Source: Candidatus Saccharimonadota bacterium (GTDB lineage: Bacteria; Patescibacteriota; Saccharimonadia; Saccharimonadales; Saccharimonadaceae). Taken from it: a stretch of 64,000 bases of DNA. Under the pieces are notes generated by a model that saw nothing but the letters and a program-made list of their open reading frames with translations, did not search any database and was not told the DNA's origin. The translations under genes and the position numbers were made by a program. Numbering within the stretch: the first letter of the stretch is position 1; every line of letters starts with the position of its first letter. This document shows, one piece after another, positions 42,226 to 52,166 of this stretch. The stretch spans positions 98,599 through 162,598 of the forward strand of contig JAFWLT010000006.1 in the NCBI GenBank assembly GCA_017510925.1, in the 5' to 3' direction.

Positions 42226-42304
42226 ATAATATTAGCTCAGCAAACGAGCCACTGGGAGCGTGAGGAACGAGCCCACCTGCGTTTGCTTTAACCAAAGGAG
42301 TCAT
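42226..42304 (+). promoter_or_regulatory. structured rpsF 5' leader (possible S6:S18-binding autoregulatory hairpin)
   Basis: AGCAAACG (42239-42246) pairs with CGTTTGCT (42280-42287) and encloses a second helix TGGG(A)GC/GCCCA. SD AAGGAG follows. Confidence 0.4.
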
Positions 42305-42664
42305 ATGAAAGAATACGAACTTTCTTTACTCTTTCATCCCGATCTCGAGATGAATCTAGATCCAGCTCTAGACAAGGTCAAAAAGTTGATCAAATCAGCT
42401 GGTGGTAAAATTACCAAAGAAGAACCAGATGGCAAAAAGCGTCTTGCTTATCCAATCAATGGCAACGAATATGCTATCTACTACTTTATGGATGTAGAGC
42501 TTCCTGCAGAAGCTCCAGCCAAGATTTCAAGCACTCTTGAAATCACCGATGAAGTAATTCGTTATCTTCTCGTCAAAGCTGATCCAAGAAGAGCCAAATA
42601 CCTAGAATCAAAAGCAAACGAAGCCGATGATTCTCAGGAAGAAAAAGAATCAAAGGAGGAATAA
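42305..42664 (+). CDS. rpsF: 30S ribosomal protein S6
   Basis: MKEYELSLLFHPDLE...; acidic tail. The start is set at ATG 42305 behind AAGGAG. Confidence 0.9.
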   Translation: MKEYELSLLFHPDLEMNLDPALDKVKKLIKSAGGKITKEEPDGKKRLAYPINGNEYAIYYFMDVELPAEAPAKISSTLEITDEVIRYLLVKADPRRAKYLESKANEADDSQEEKESKEE

Positions 42665-42667
42665 TTT

Positions 42668-43117
42668 ATGCGCGGTTTTAGCAAAGCAATCATTACTGGC
42701 AATCTCACAAGAGATCCAGAACTTAGAACCACTACTAGTGGTACCAATGTTTGCTCATTTTCAGTAGCCGTTAACCGTACTTTTAAAGGTGCTGATGGCG
42801 AAAACAAAGAAGATGTGTCTTACATTGACTGTGTTGCTTGGGGCAAACTCGGTGAAGTTATCTCAAACTATGCTAAAAAAGGTAGCAGCGTGCTCGTATC
42901 GGGTCGTCTCTCCCAAAGAAGCTTCGAAGGCAAGGACGGCGTTAAGCGTTCTCGCACCGAAGTTGTAGCCGAAGATTTTAACTTTATCGGTTCTAACCCT
43001 GCATCTCGCGATGGTGGCAGCTACAGTTCTGCAAGCGCTCCAGCCGAAGATGCTCCTGTAGATATCCCAACCGATATCCCAGAAGGCGAAGTGGATTTAT
43101 CAGAAATCCCATTCTAA
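42668..43117 (+). CDS. ssb: single-stranded DNA-binding protein
   Basis: OB-fold N-terminus (ITGNLTRDPELRTT...) and acidic tip DLSEIPF. Confidence 0.95.
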   Translation: MRGFSKAIITGNLTRDPELRTTTSGTNVCSFSVAVNRTFKGADGENKEDVSYIDCVAWGKLGEVISNYAKKGSSVLVSGRLSQRSFEGKDGVKRSRTEVVAEDFNFIGSNPASRDGGSYSSASAPAEDAPVDIPTDIPEGEVDLSEIPF

Positions 43118-43137
43118 TAAAAGGAAGGATAGTATAA

Positions 43138-43335
43138 ATGAAAAAATTTAAGAACGACAAGAATCTCTATTTCGACTATCGCGACGCCAAGACTCTTGGC
43201 CGCTATGTCGATGCTTACGGTAGAATCGAGCCAGTATCAAAAACTGGTTTGTCTGCTAAGCAACAGCGCCAATCGGCTGTAGCTATCAAGCGTGCACGTC
43301 ATTTAGCACTTTTGCCATTCGTTTCTAATAACTAA
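43138..43335 (+). CDS. rpsR: 30S ribosomal protein S18
   Basis: [50 protein letters not shown]. Confidence 0.95.
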   Translation: MKKFKNDKNLYFDYRDAKTLGRYVDAYGRIEPVSKTGLSAKQQRQSAVAIKRARHLALLPFVSNN

Positions 43336-43346
43336 AAGGAGTAAAA

Positions 43347-43907
43347 ATGTACGGACCAACAGATCTAAAGAAAAACACTCTTATCACTTTAGACGGCCAG
43401 CCGTATAAGGTGGTAGAATACTCACAAAAAGTTATGGGTCGTGGTGGCTCTATCGTTAACGTCAAAGTAAAAAATTTGATCACTGGCGCACTTCTTCCAA
43501 AGACTTTCAAAGGCCAAGAAAAAATCGAGCCTGCCGAAGTCACTACCAGAAAAGTGCAATATCTCTACAAAGATGATGAAAAGTTTTACTTTATGGACCC
43601 AGAATCTTTTGAGCAATATGAATTAGCCAAAGATATGGTTGGCGAATCAGAAGATTTTATGAAGGAAGGCGACGAAATGGAAATCCAATTCTATAATGGT
43701 ACTCCAATCAATCTCCAACTTCCAAAGAATCTCTGGCTCAAAGTTACCTACACTGAATCAGTAGTTAAAGGTGATACTACCAGCTCCGTAATGAAAGATG
43801 CAAAACTAGAGACTGGCGTAGTGATTAAGGTTCCAGCCTTCATCAAAGAAGGTGACACCGTTTCGGTAGATACGGAAACCTATGAATACAGAGAGCGTAA
43901 AAAATAG
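43347..43907 (+). CDS. efp: elongation factor P (Arg at the loop-tip position)
   Basis: LDGQPYKVVEYSQKVMGRGGSIVNVKVKNLITG aligns to the EF-P KOW domain. The remaining OB domains are present. Confidence 0.9.
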   Translation: MYGPTDLKKNTLITLDGQPYKVVEYSQKVMGRGGSIVNVKVKNLITGALLPKTFKGQEKIEPAEVTTRKVQYLYKDDEKFYFMDPESFEQYELAKDMVGESEDFMKEGDEMEIQFYNGTPINLQLPKNLWLKVTYTESVVKGDTTSSVMKDAKLETGVVIKVPAFIKEGDTVSVDTETYEYRERKK

Positions 43908-44442
43908 AGGCTACTTCAAAATTAAAGGTGCAGCTAGCGCCTTTAATTTTGTATTCAAGGATAAAATAGTTTTAGATATCGGCTCTTCCACCGGTGGTTT
44001 CACCCAGTACGCTCTAGACAACGGAGCAAAGAAGGTCATTGCCGTAGAAAAAGGCACAGGCCAAATGAAAGAACCACTAAGAAGTGATCCTAGAGTGGAA
44101 TTATATGAAAAGACCGATATCTTTGATTTTGTTTGTGACCCTGATGTTGTGTTGGCAGATGTATCATTCATTTCTTTAACCAAAGTTCTAAAATATGCCA
44201 AAGGCCATTTAGCAGGGAAAAATACCGACTTTCTCGTGATGCTAAAGCCTCAATTTGAGGCCGATGATAAAGATTTAAAAGATGGCATTATCAAGAATGA
44301 AACCATCAGAAGAAACGTGATCAAAAAATTTGAACAATGGCTCAAGTTCAACGATTTTATTATCATAAACAAAAAAGATAACGAGCTTCACGGCAAGCAC
44401 GGAAACATCGAAAGATTTTATCATTTACGCCTTGCAAAATAA
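43882..44442 (+). CDS. TlyA-like FtsJ-type rRNA 2'-O-methyltransferase without S4 domain
   Basis: RGYFKIKGAASAFNF...VLDIGSSTGGFTQYALDNGAKKVIAVEKGTGQM. Overlaps the efp 3' end, so the start is uncertain. Confidence 0.6.
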   Translation: MNTESVKNRGYFKIKGAASAFNFVFKDKIVLDIGSSTGGFTQYALDNGAKKVIAVEKGTGQMKEPLRSDPRVELYEKTDIFDFVCDPDVVLADVSFISLTKVLKYAKGHLAGKNTDFLVMLKPQFEADDKDLKDGIIKNETIRRNVIKKFEQWLKFNDFIIINKKDNELHGKHGNIERFYHLRLAK

Positions 44443-44466
44443 AGCATAACCATATATAATTAAGCT

Positions 44467-45513
44467 ATGAATTTATTGCATGGCGTGGGCGATTTCTTCT
44501 CGTTAGATATCGGCACAAACTCGATGCGTATTATTCAGCTTGCCGGTGATGATAGAAGCGGCTGGGCTTTACTTCGCTATGCTTACGTTCCGATCGAACA
44601 AAAACTTACTGCTGATACTACCGAACTCGGTAGAAAACATCTTGGCGAAGCCATTATGGGCGCCGTAGAACAGGCTGGTATCAAGACCAAATCTGTAGCT
44701 GTAGGCCTTCCTGCATCCAAAACTTTTACTTCTATCGTAGAAGTGGATACTTTGCCAGAAAAAGAATTGAACAAAGTTTTTCAATATGAGATAGATAAAT
44801 ACGTCCCAATGCCGATGTCTGATGCTAAAGCAGACTATGTGATTTTGGGCCCAAGCCCTAACGACCCAATGAAAACAGAAGTATTGGTGAGCTCCGTTGC
44901 CAGGGAATATGCTGAAGATATTCTAGAGACCATAGAAAAAACTGGTCTTAATGTAATTGCTATGGAGCCAGAGCCACTTGCTATGGCTAGAAGCTTGGCT
45001 ATTCCGGGCGCAATTGACGCAAATCTCATCGTAGACTTTGGTGAAAAATCTACAGACCTCGTAATTACCTATCAGGGTCAACCACGTTTGGTACGTTCTA
45101 TTCCTGGTGGTTTTGGCCAATTAGTAAGCGCAGTTACTAATGGCCTCGGCGTGAGGGAAGATCAAGCCCGTCAATTTATTCTTAAATTTGGCTTGGCAGA
45201 AGACAAGGTAGAAGGCCAAGTCTTCAAGATTCTAAGCCCGTCACTAGATACCTATGCGTCTGAACTTGCTAAATCCGTACGTTTCTTCCAGACTAAATAT
45301 TTGAATGGTAAAGTTGGTGGCATTGTACTTTCTGGCTATGCCAGTATGATCCCACTTTTCCCAGAATACATTGAGGCAAAGACCAATATTCCTACTATGA
45401 AGGGTAATCCGTGGCAACTAGTCCGTACTACTCCAGAACAACAGCATGCGCTTCTTCCAGTAGCATCTGAATTTGCTGTAGTAATTGGTTTGTCAGAAAG
45501 GAGCAACGACTAA
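44467..45513 (+). CDS. pilM: type IV pilus assembly ATPase-fold protein PilM
   Basis: Actin-like fold, LDIGTNSMRIIQL, DFGEKSTDLVI. First gene of the pilus locus. Confidence 0.85.
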   Translation: MNLLHGVGDFFSLDIGTNSMRIIQLAGDDRSGWALLRYAYVPIEQKLTADTTELGRKHLGEAIMGAVEQAGIKTKSVAVGLPASKTFTSIVEVDTLPEKELNKVFQYEIDKYVPMPMSDAKADYVILGPSPNDPMKTEVLVSSVAREYAEDILETIEKTGLNVIAMEPEPLAMARSLAIPGAIDANLIVDFGEKSTDLVITYQGQPRLVRSIPGGFGQLVSAVTNGLGVREDQARQFILKFGLAEDKVEGQVFKILSPSLDTYASELAKSVRFFQTKYLNGKVGGIVLSGYASMIPLFPEYIEAKTNIPTMKGNPWQLVRTTPEQQHALLPVASEFAVVIGLSERSND

Positions 45514-46910
45514 TGGCTAAAGAAATTAACCTAGTTCCGGATATCAAAAATGAGTTTATCCAAACTCTCAAATTCCGTAACTTTGTGTTTTTCCTTTGTA
45601 TTGTTGTGGCTGCATCTAGCCTCATTGTGATGTTGATTTTCCTCTCCATCGCCGGTGGTCAACAGGGCTTTATCAACGCTAAACAAAACACTATCGACGC
45701 TCTTCAAAAGAAAATTACAGATTATTCTGATCTTTCCGATTTCCTTACTATCAGGGATCAGCTTAAAAATATCAATATTATTACAGAAAACAAAAAGATG
45801 ATGTCTAGAACTTTCAATATTCTTTCTGCTATTATCCCAACCGGTGATGATTATATTAATATTTCTGAACTTTCCGTTAGCCTTGCTGACGAATCCCCAA
45901 CCTTTAACTTTGAAGCTCAGGCTAACGCCGGTACTGATCCGAAGATTGATTACAAAGTACTAGACGCCTTCAAAAAATCTATGCAATATCTTCGCTACGA
46001 TTATGGCGAATACGTAGACAAAAACGATCAGCCTATCCCAGCCTATTGTATTGTTGAGTCCAATATTGATGGCTCAACCTTTAGAGACCCAGAAAGAGGT
46101 TACTTTGCTTATTGGCTAATTGAGGGCGAAGGTTGCAACCCATCTGCTGAAGAAAGCGAGGAGGAAGAAGAGGAAGAGGTAGAAGAGGACACACTCTTCA
46201 AAGTTGAACGTCTAACCAGCGATAGCGAACTTCTGAAAGAGGCTACTACCATTCAAGAACAACCAGCGCCAGCCCAAACTATTGCCGAGAAAACTGGCTA
46301 TCAAACCGAAGAATACAATGGCCAAAACGTAGTTAGAATTTGGCGTACTCCACAATATGTTGACTGGTACAAATCTAACCCATCTGATGATGAACCGTAT
46401 ATGGATTTAAATGGCGCAATCCATAACATTCCACATTTTAATAGCTCTTGTATCACTTACAGTGGCACAGAAAAGGAAAACGGCGCTATTACCTGGAGTA
46501 CTACAAACGAATCTTGCTTGCTTGTCCCAAATAACGAAGATGGTTCTGCTGGTATCTCTATTGAAGATTCTTCAAATGGCCGTAACGCTGCAGAAGAATT
46601 AGTTTTGCGCTTTTCGGCCGTAATTACTTTTGCTCCAGAAGTCTTTAATTTTAACAATCATCATATGTTGGCACTTCCACCAGCTGGCCGTCGCAACGTG
46701 ACAGATTCTTACGCGCAGATTCAAAGCATCTTTGCCGAACGCGCTACCGACTGTGCTCAAAACGATACTGAATGTATTACCACGCCAACTAGCGACACAA
46801 GCAGCAATAGTAGCGACAACAACAGTAATAATAACGATAATAGCAACAACGACACTACGAACCCAACCACTGAAGAAGAAAGCAGAGAAGAACAGGAGGA
46901 GTTATGGTAA
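45513..46910 (+). CDS. PilN-like bitopic protein with greatly expanded extracytoplasmic domain
   Basis: N-terminus EINLVPDIK plus a TM helix as in PilN. 465 aa in total, with a poly-E stretch and an N/S/D-rich tail. Confidence 0.6.
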   Translation: MAKEINLVPDIKNEFIQTLKFRNFVFFLCIVVAASSLIVMLIFLSIAGGQQGFINAKQNTIDALQKKITDYSDLSDFLTIRDQLKNINIITENKKMMSRTFNILSAIIPTGDDYINISELSVSLADESPTFNFEAQANAGTDPKIDYKVLDAFKKSMQYLRYDYGEYVDKNDQPIPAYCIVESNIDGSTFRDPERGYFAYWLIEGEGCNPSAEESEEEEEEEVEEDTLFKVERLTSDSELLKEATTIQEQPAPAQTIAEKTGYQTEEYNGQNVVRIWRTPQYVDWYKSNPSDDEPYMDLNGAIHNIPHFNSSCITYSGTEKENGAITWSTTNESCLLVPNNEDGSAGISIEDSSNGRNAAEELVLRFSAVITFAPEVFNFNNHHMLALPPAGRRNVTDSYAQIQSIFAERATDCAQNDTECITTPTSDTSSNSSDNNSNNNDNSNNDTTNPTTEEESREEQEELW

Positions 46911-47785
46911 TTGCCAAAAAAGAAGAAAAAGGCGACAAACGCACTCAGATTTCTCAAGCTCAGCAATATATGGTGCTTGCAGTTTTGGGGGCCTCACTAT
47001 TTCTAGGCGCTGCCATCGCAGTGATCGTTCACTCGATCAATAAAATATCCTTTAGCGCCAACGTTATCGTAGCTCAAGATCAATCCATCACCAGTTTTTC
47101 GGATGTTATTAAGAATATTGGTATCTGTAGTAGACCATCTGGCCAAGTTTATAGCGATAGCGAACTCCAAAAATGTTCACCAAACAATGTTAATGTATCT
47201 GCTGTGCCTAATACTCTCCGTTCTAATATTCTTAACAATATCGCTTCCAACGAAGCTTTGGCTTCTGTCCCAAACGAAAGTGATGCTGGCTGTAATAATC
47301 CTGATACAGGCAAGAATTATACATATCAAGAGCTTGAAGAAAGATATAGCAATGCTGAAAGTGAAGAAGAAGTTGCAGCCGCTATTGGCCTTATCAAAAC
47401 TTGTTCATCACTTCGCGTGATCCCAGACGCATTACCAGCCTATAAAAACGAAGAGGCATTGCTTGCTAGCGTAGATAAAATCTTTAATATCTCTGACGCT
47501 AGACTCCAATCACTTAGTCCTACCGATGAAATTGACGGTGCTCCATTTGGTGTCAATCTTTATACCATTTCAGTTCGTTTAGCTCTTGAAGGTAGCACGG
47601 ACACTGTCCACCGTCTTCTTAATAACTTAGAGCGTTCCATTCGCAATTTTAATATCGATCGTGCAACTATCAACTGGAGCAGTAATGGTTCTATTGATCT
47701 TACTGCTACAGCCTCAGCCTATTATATGACACCATCCACGCTGATGGTTACCGACAAATCTATTAGCATAGGAGGTAGAAAATAA
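46904..47785 (+). CDS. bitopic membrane protein in the PilO position
   Basis: Single N-terminal TM (YMVLAVLGASLFLGAAIAVIV). Translationally coupled within the pilus operon. Confidence 0.5.
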   Translation: MVIAKKEEKGDKRTQISQAQQYMVLAVLGASLFLGAAIAVIVHSINKISFSANVIVAQDQSITSFSDVIKNIGICSRPSGQVYSDSELQKCSPNNVNVSAVPNTLRSNILNNIASNEALASVPNESDAGCNNPDTGKNYTYQELEERYSNAESEEEVAAAIGLIKTCSSLRVIPDALPAYKNEEALLASVDKIFNISDARLQSLSPTDEIDGAPFGVNLYTISVRLALEGSTDTVHRLLNNLERSIRNFNIDRATINWSSNGSIDLTATASAYYMTPSTLMVTDKSISIGGRK

Positions 47786-48039
47786 TGAAAAAGGATCTTG
47801 CTACTGCAATTATCACTGCCATTGTCGGAATAATTATCGCCTATTTCTTAGTTGGTGGGGTTTTCTTGAAAGACCCTGCTCCGGTCGTGATTAAAACCCT
47901 TACTACTGCAGTAGATAATACCGTGGCCGAGCCAAACCCTGAGATTTTCAACTATAGAGCAGTCAACCCTACTGTAGAAGTCTATGTTGACTGTACTAAT
48001 TATGATGCTAACGGCAGCTGCTTAGATGGGGGGAACTAA
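47785..48039 (+). CDS. small membrane protein of the pilus operon (84 aa)
   Basis: N-terminal TM. Start and stop overlap the neighbouring genes. Confidence 0.5.
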   Translation: MKKDLATAIITAIVGIIIAYFLVGGVFLKDPAPVVIKTLTTAVDNTVAEPNPEIFNYRAVNPTVEVYVDCTNYDANGSCLDGGN

Positions 48040-49799
48040 TGGCCGTTTTAACCAAAGAAGCCGAAACTAGAATCCTAGACTTACTTCTTGCCGAAGGTCT
48101 AGTTGACCCTACCTTGGCTGCAAATGCTAGAAATTCTGGAGATGGTGGCCCAATTCTAGACAAGCTTATCAACGAACACGCTATTTCTGGCGATATGGTT
48201 TCACACGCCACGGCACTTATTATCGGCGTGCCATATGTAGAGCTTAGAAATATCACAATCGACCAAGACATTTTGATTAAAATTCCATACGAAACCCAAT
48301 CTCGTTTTATGGTTGTCCCACTTGGTGAAAAAGATGGTATGCTCAACATCGCTATGGCCGATGTTACCAACGTTCAGGCTACCGACTATATTTCTAATCT
48401 CATCAACCAGCCGGTTCGCGTATGGATGTCATCTGAGCGTGGTATCAAAGAAATGCTTGAGAAAAACCATGGTGACTTTACTACGGTTAAACAAGCAGTT
48501 AAAGATACTAATGAAGAGGTCGCCGAAAAAGCTCAAAGTGGCGATGTTAAAACAATTGTTCAGGACTCACCAATTTCAAAAGCTCTTACAACTATTTTGA
48601 GTTACGCCGTAAAAACCAAATCTTCTGATATTCACATCGAGCCACTCGAAGACGCCCTTATCATTCGGTGCCGTATCGATGGTGTGCTTAGAAAAATTAT
48701 GGAACTTCCAAAAGTGGTGGCTCCAGCTCTTGTGTCACGTATAAAAATTTTAGCCAACCTCAAAATCGATGAGCATCGTATCCCGCAGGATGGTCAGTTT
48801 ACTGTACTCGTAGAAGATAAGGAAGTAGACCTTCGTATTGCGACCTCGCCAGTAACTTGGGGCGAACAAGTGGTGATTCGTCTTTTGGATAAAAAAGGTG
48901 TGTCTATGGATATCCACCAGATGGGTATGGCCGGCCGTGCTTTGAGGGACGTTCTTGACGGTATCAAAAAACCAAACGGTATGATCCTAACCTCTGGTCC
49001 TACGGGTTCTGGTAAGTCTACTACTCTTTATGCGCTCATCCAAGAAATCAAATCTGAAGAAATTAACATTGTTACCTTGGAGGATCCAGTAGAGTATAAG
49101 ATGGACGGCATTAACCAAATTCAGGTGAACGTGGACGCCGGGCTTACTTTTGCCTCAGGGCTAAGGTCTATTCTTCGTCAAGACCCTGACGTAGTAATGG
49201 TAGGTGAGATTCGTGACTCCGAAACTGCACAGCTAGCCGTGCAGGCAGCTCTTACGGGCCACTTGGTATTCTCTACACTTCACACCAACTCGGCTGCAGG
49301 TATTCTCCCTCGTCTTCTTGATATGGGCATCGAACCGTTCTTGCTTGCATCTACACTTAACGTGGTAATTGGTCAGCGCTTGGTCCGTCGTGTCACCGAA
49401 AAACGTGATCTTTATAAATCTTCTGAGCTAGAAACCGATAGTATCAACTCTATTGTAGGTGATTTACTACCAAAGACCAGTGGGGAAGTAGATGAGGTTA
49501 GTGAAGATCTAGGTTACCCAGGATTGCCAGTTAGAAATGAAGATTATTATATGCTTGCCAAAGGTCGTGATACCAAAGAAACACCAGGTGGTTACTCTGG
49601 CCGTGCCGGTATTTATGAAACTATTATTGTAGACGAAGATATTCAGAAGATGATTGTAAACCACTCCACTGCAGCTGAAATTATGCGCCTCGCTCGTGAG
49701 AAGGGCACAGTCACTATGCGCCAAGATGGGATCCTTAAGGTTCTCGCTGGCATTACATCAATTGAGGAGGTCAACCGTGTGGCATCGGATCTCTCGTAA
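48039..49799 (+). CDS. pilB: type IV pilus assembly ATPase PilB (GspE family)
   Basis: T2SSE_N domain; Walker A SGPTGSGKST; Asp/His boxes; VMVGEIRD. The tetracysteine motif is absent. Confidence 0.92.
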   Translation: MAVLTKEAETRILDLLLAEGLVDPTLAANARNSGDGGPILDKLINEHAISGDMVSHATALIIGVPYVELRNITIDQDILIKIPYETQSRFMVVPLGEKDGMLNIAMADVTNVQATDYISNLINQPVRVWMSSERGIKEMLEKNHGDFTTVKQAVKDTNEEVAEKAQSGDVKTIVQDSPISKALTTILSYAVKTKSSDIHIEPLEDALIIRCRIDGVLRKIMELPKVVAPALVSRIKILANLKIDEHRIPQDGQFTVLVEDKEVDLRIATSPVTWGEQVVIRLLDKKGVSMDIHQMGMAGRALRDVLDGIKKPNGMILTSGPTGSGKSTTLYALIQEIKSEEINIVTLEDPVEYKMDGINQIQVNVDAGLTFASGLRSILRQDPDVVMVGEIRDSETAQLAVQAALTGHLVFSTLHTNSAAGILPRLLDMGIEPFLLASTLNVVIGQRLVRRVTEKRDLYKSSELETDSINSIVGDLLPKTSGEVDEVSEDLGYPGLPVRNEDYYMLAKGRDTKETPGGYSGRAGIYETIIVDEDIQKMIVNHSTAAEIMRLAREKGTVTMRQDGILKVLAGITSIEEVNRVASDLS

Positions 49800-49828
49800 T
49801 AGTAAAAAGGTTATGGTAAAATAAAGTT

Positions 49829-50914
49829 ATGCAAAATAATGGGGCAACAAATAATAATCTAAGAATCGAACTTCTTCTAGAAGAGTGTATCCGTCGTAAT
49901 GCTTCGGATCTCCACCTTCAATATGGTATGCCTCCAATTCTTCGTGTTGATGGTGCGCTCGTGCCAATTGCCGGTCTCCCACCTATGAATTCTGCTATGC
50001 TAGAAGAAACCATCTTTGCAACTTTGGATGAAGAGCAAAAGAAAATCTATCTAAAAGATAAAGAATTTGACTATTCATTTGCATTCGGCGACGTGGCACG
50101 TTTTCGCGTAAACGCTTTCCACGAACGTGGTAAAATGGCAGCTTCTTTCCGTCTTATCCCTAATCAGATTCGTCCAATTGGCGAGCTTGGTATGCCAAGT
50201 ATCGTAAACTCGTTTGCCGATTACCCACGTGGGTTGGTGCTTGTCACTGGACCAACTGGTTCAGGTAAATCCACCACACTTGCTGCATTAATCGACAAAA
50301 TCAATCAAGAAAAAGCTGTTCATATTATCACTATTGAAGATCCGATTGAATTTACCCACACTTCCAAACGCTCAGTAATCGTACAAAGGGAAGTACATTA
50401 CGATACATTTAGCTTTTCGGCAGCACTTCGTTCGGTACTTCGTGAGGACCCAGACGTAGTATTGATTGGTGAGATGCGCGACCTAGAAACTATTCAGGCA
50501 GCCATTACTATCGCAGAAACCGGCCACCTCGTTTTCGCTACTCTTCATACCAATTCAGCTGCCCAATCGGTGGATCGTATGATCGACGTTTTCCCAGCTC
50601 ATCAGCAACCACAAATTCGTTCACAGCTTTCCAATATGCTCCAAGCCATTTGTGCACAAAGACTCGTTCCTGCTATCGGCGGTGGCCGAGTAGTAGCAGC
50701 CGAAATTATGACTGCCAACTCTGCCGTGCGTTCACTTATTCGTGAAGGTAAGACTTATCAGCTTGATAACGTTATTCAAACTGGCGCTGCTCAAGGTATG
50801 CAGACTATGGACCACGATCTTGCACGTCTCGTTCAATCTGGTGTAATTTCCTATGAATCTGCCTGTGACTATGCTATTGATATTAACGAACTTAACAGGT
50901 ATGCAAGGGGCTAG
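49829..50914 (+). CDS. pilT: twitching-motility retraction ATPase PilT
   Basis: ASDLHL, GPTGSGKSTT, IITIEDPIEF, VLIGEMRD, ATLHTNSA. Confidence 0.92.
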   Translation: MQNNGATNNNLRIELLLEECIRRNASDLHLQYGMPPILRVDGALVPIAGLPPMNSAMLEETIFATLDEEQKKIYLKDKEFDYSFAFGDVARFRVNAFHERGKMAASFRLIPNQIRPIGELGMPSIVNSFADYPRGLVLVTGPTGSGKSTTLAALIDKINQEKAVHIITIEDPIEFTHTSKRSVIVQREVHYDTFSFSAALRSVLREDPDVVLIGEMRDLETIQAAITIAETGHLVFATLHTNSAAQSVDRMIDVFPAHQQPQIRSQLSNMLQAICAQRLVPAIGGGRVVAAEIMTANSAVRSLIREGKTYQLDNVIQTGAAQGMQTMDHDLARLVQSGVISYESACDYAIDINELNRYARG

Positions 50915-50916
50915 TA

Positions 50917-52128
50917 ATGAAACGCTATGATTATCGTGCCAAAGAAAAAGCTACCGGAAAACAAGTTAAAGGTAGTATTCAGGCCGATAACGAACGTCTT
51001 GCCGGTCGTCTTTTGGTTCAACAAGATTTAATCCCAGAATCCATCACAGAAGAGGGAACCACTAACCCATTCACCAAGTTCAATAATCGCATCACTACCA
51101 AAGACCACATTATGTTTACGCGCCAGCTCGCTACTTTGATCGGCGCTGGTCTGCCACTTTCTGCATCACTTAGAACCGTTACCGAACAAACTGAAAACAA
51201 AGGTATGCAGGCTGTTGGCGAAGAAATCTTGGCAGCTACCGAATCTGGTAAAAGCCTTTACGAAGCTTTCTCGGCCCATCCACAGGTGTTTAACGGTGTT
51301 TATCTCGCACTTATTCAGGCTGGTGAAAAATCTGGTACTCTAGATATTGCACTCAAACGTTTGGCTGATCAGGAAGAAAAAGACGCAGCTATGCTTGGTA
51401 AAATTCGTGGTGCTCTCGTTTACCCAGCTATCATTTTGGTAGTAATTATTGCTGTGCTCCTCTTTATGATGTTCGCTGTGGTGCCACAGGTTCGTGACCT
51501 TTACGAAGATATGGGCGAAGAGCTTCCAGGGCTGACACAGGGCCTTGTAAATCTTACTGACTTCACCGTCAACTTCTGGTGGTTAATCCTACTGGTCTTA
51601 GTAGGTGGTATTGCTGGTGCAGTTATCTTTGTCAAACGTACTCCAATGGGCAAGAAAATCGCTGATAGCTTTAAGATCCACGTACCACTCTTTGGTGGTC
51701 TGTTTAGGAAGCTCTACGTATCACGTTTTGCTCGTACTGCCGAAATGCTTCTGTCTAGTGGTGTGCCAATGGTTGATTCGGTTACTATTGCCATTCAATC
51801 TGTTTCTAACTCCGTGGTAGAGGCCGAATATAGTAAAGCTATTGAGCTTATTAAAGGTGGTAAAAGCCTTTCTGAGGCTTTAACGGACAGGGAATATATG
51901 CTTCCACTCGTACCACAAATGACTGGTATTGGTGAGGAATCTGGTAAGATCGATGAGATGATTGGTAAGGCCGCCAAAGTTTACGAAGATGAGCTATATG
52001 AACAAATCGAAAATATTTCTACTATGATTGAACCAATCTTGATGGTGGTGATGGCCGGCCTCATTGGTGTAGTAGTAGGTGGTACTTTGCTTCCAATTTA
52101 CTCGCTCGTGAACTCTGTTGGCACGTAA
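50917..52128 (+). CDS. pilC: type IV pilus platform protein PilC (T2SS F family)
   Basis: Two T2SSF repeats (FTRQLATLIGAGLPL..., FARTAEMLLSSGVPM...) and three TM segments. Confidence 0.9.
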   Translation: MKRYDYRAKEKATGKQVKGSIQADNERLAGRLLVQQDLIPESITEEGTTNPFTKFNNRITTKDHIMFTRQLATLIGAGLPLSASLRTVTEQTENKGMQAVGEEILAATESGKSLYEAFSAHPQVFNGVYLALIQAGEKSGTLDIALKRLADQEEKDAAMLGKIRGALVYPAIILVVIIAVLLFMMFAVVPQVRDLYEDMGEELPGLTQGLVNLTDFTVNFWWLILLVLVGGIAGAVIFVKRTPMGKKIADSFKIHVPLFGGLFRKLYVSRFARTAEMLLSSGVPMVDSVTIAIQSVSNSVVEAEYSKAIELIKGGKSLSEALTDREYMLPLVPQMTGIGEESGKIDEMIGKAAKVYEDELYEQIENISTMIEPILMVVMAGLIGVVVGGTLLPIYSLVNSVGT

Positions 52129-52166
52129 ATCTTGCAATTTTTACCCCAAAGAATTATACTTATAGT

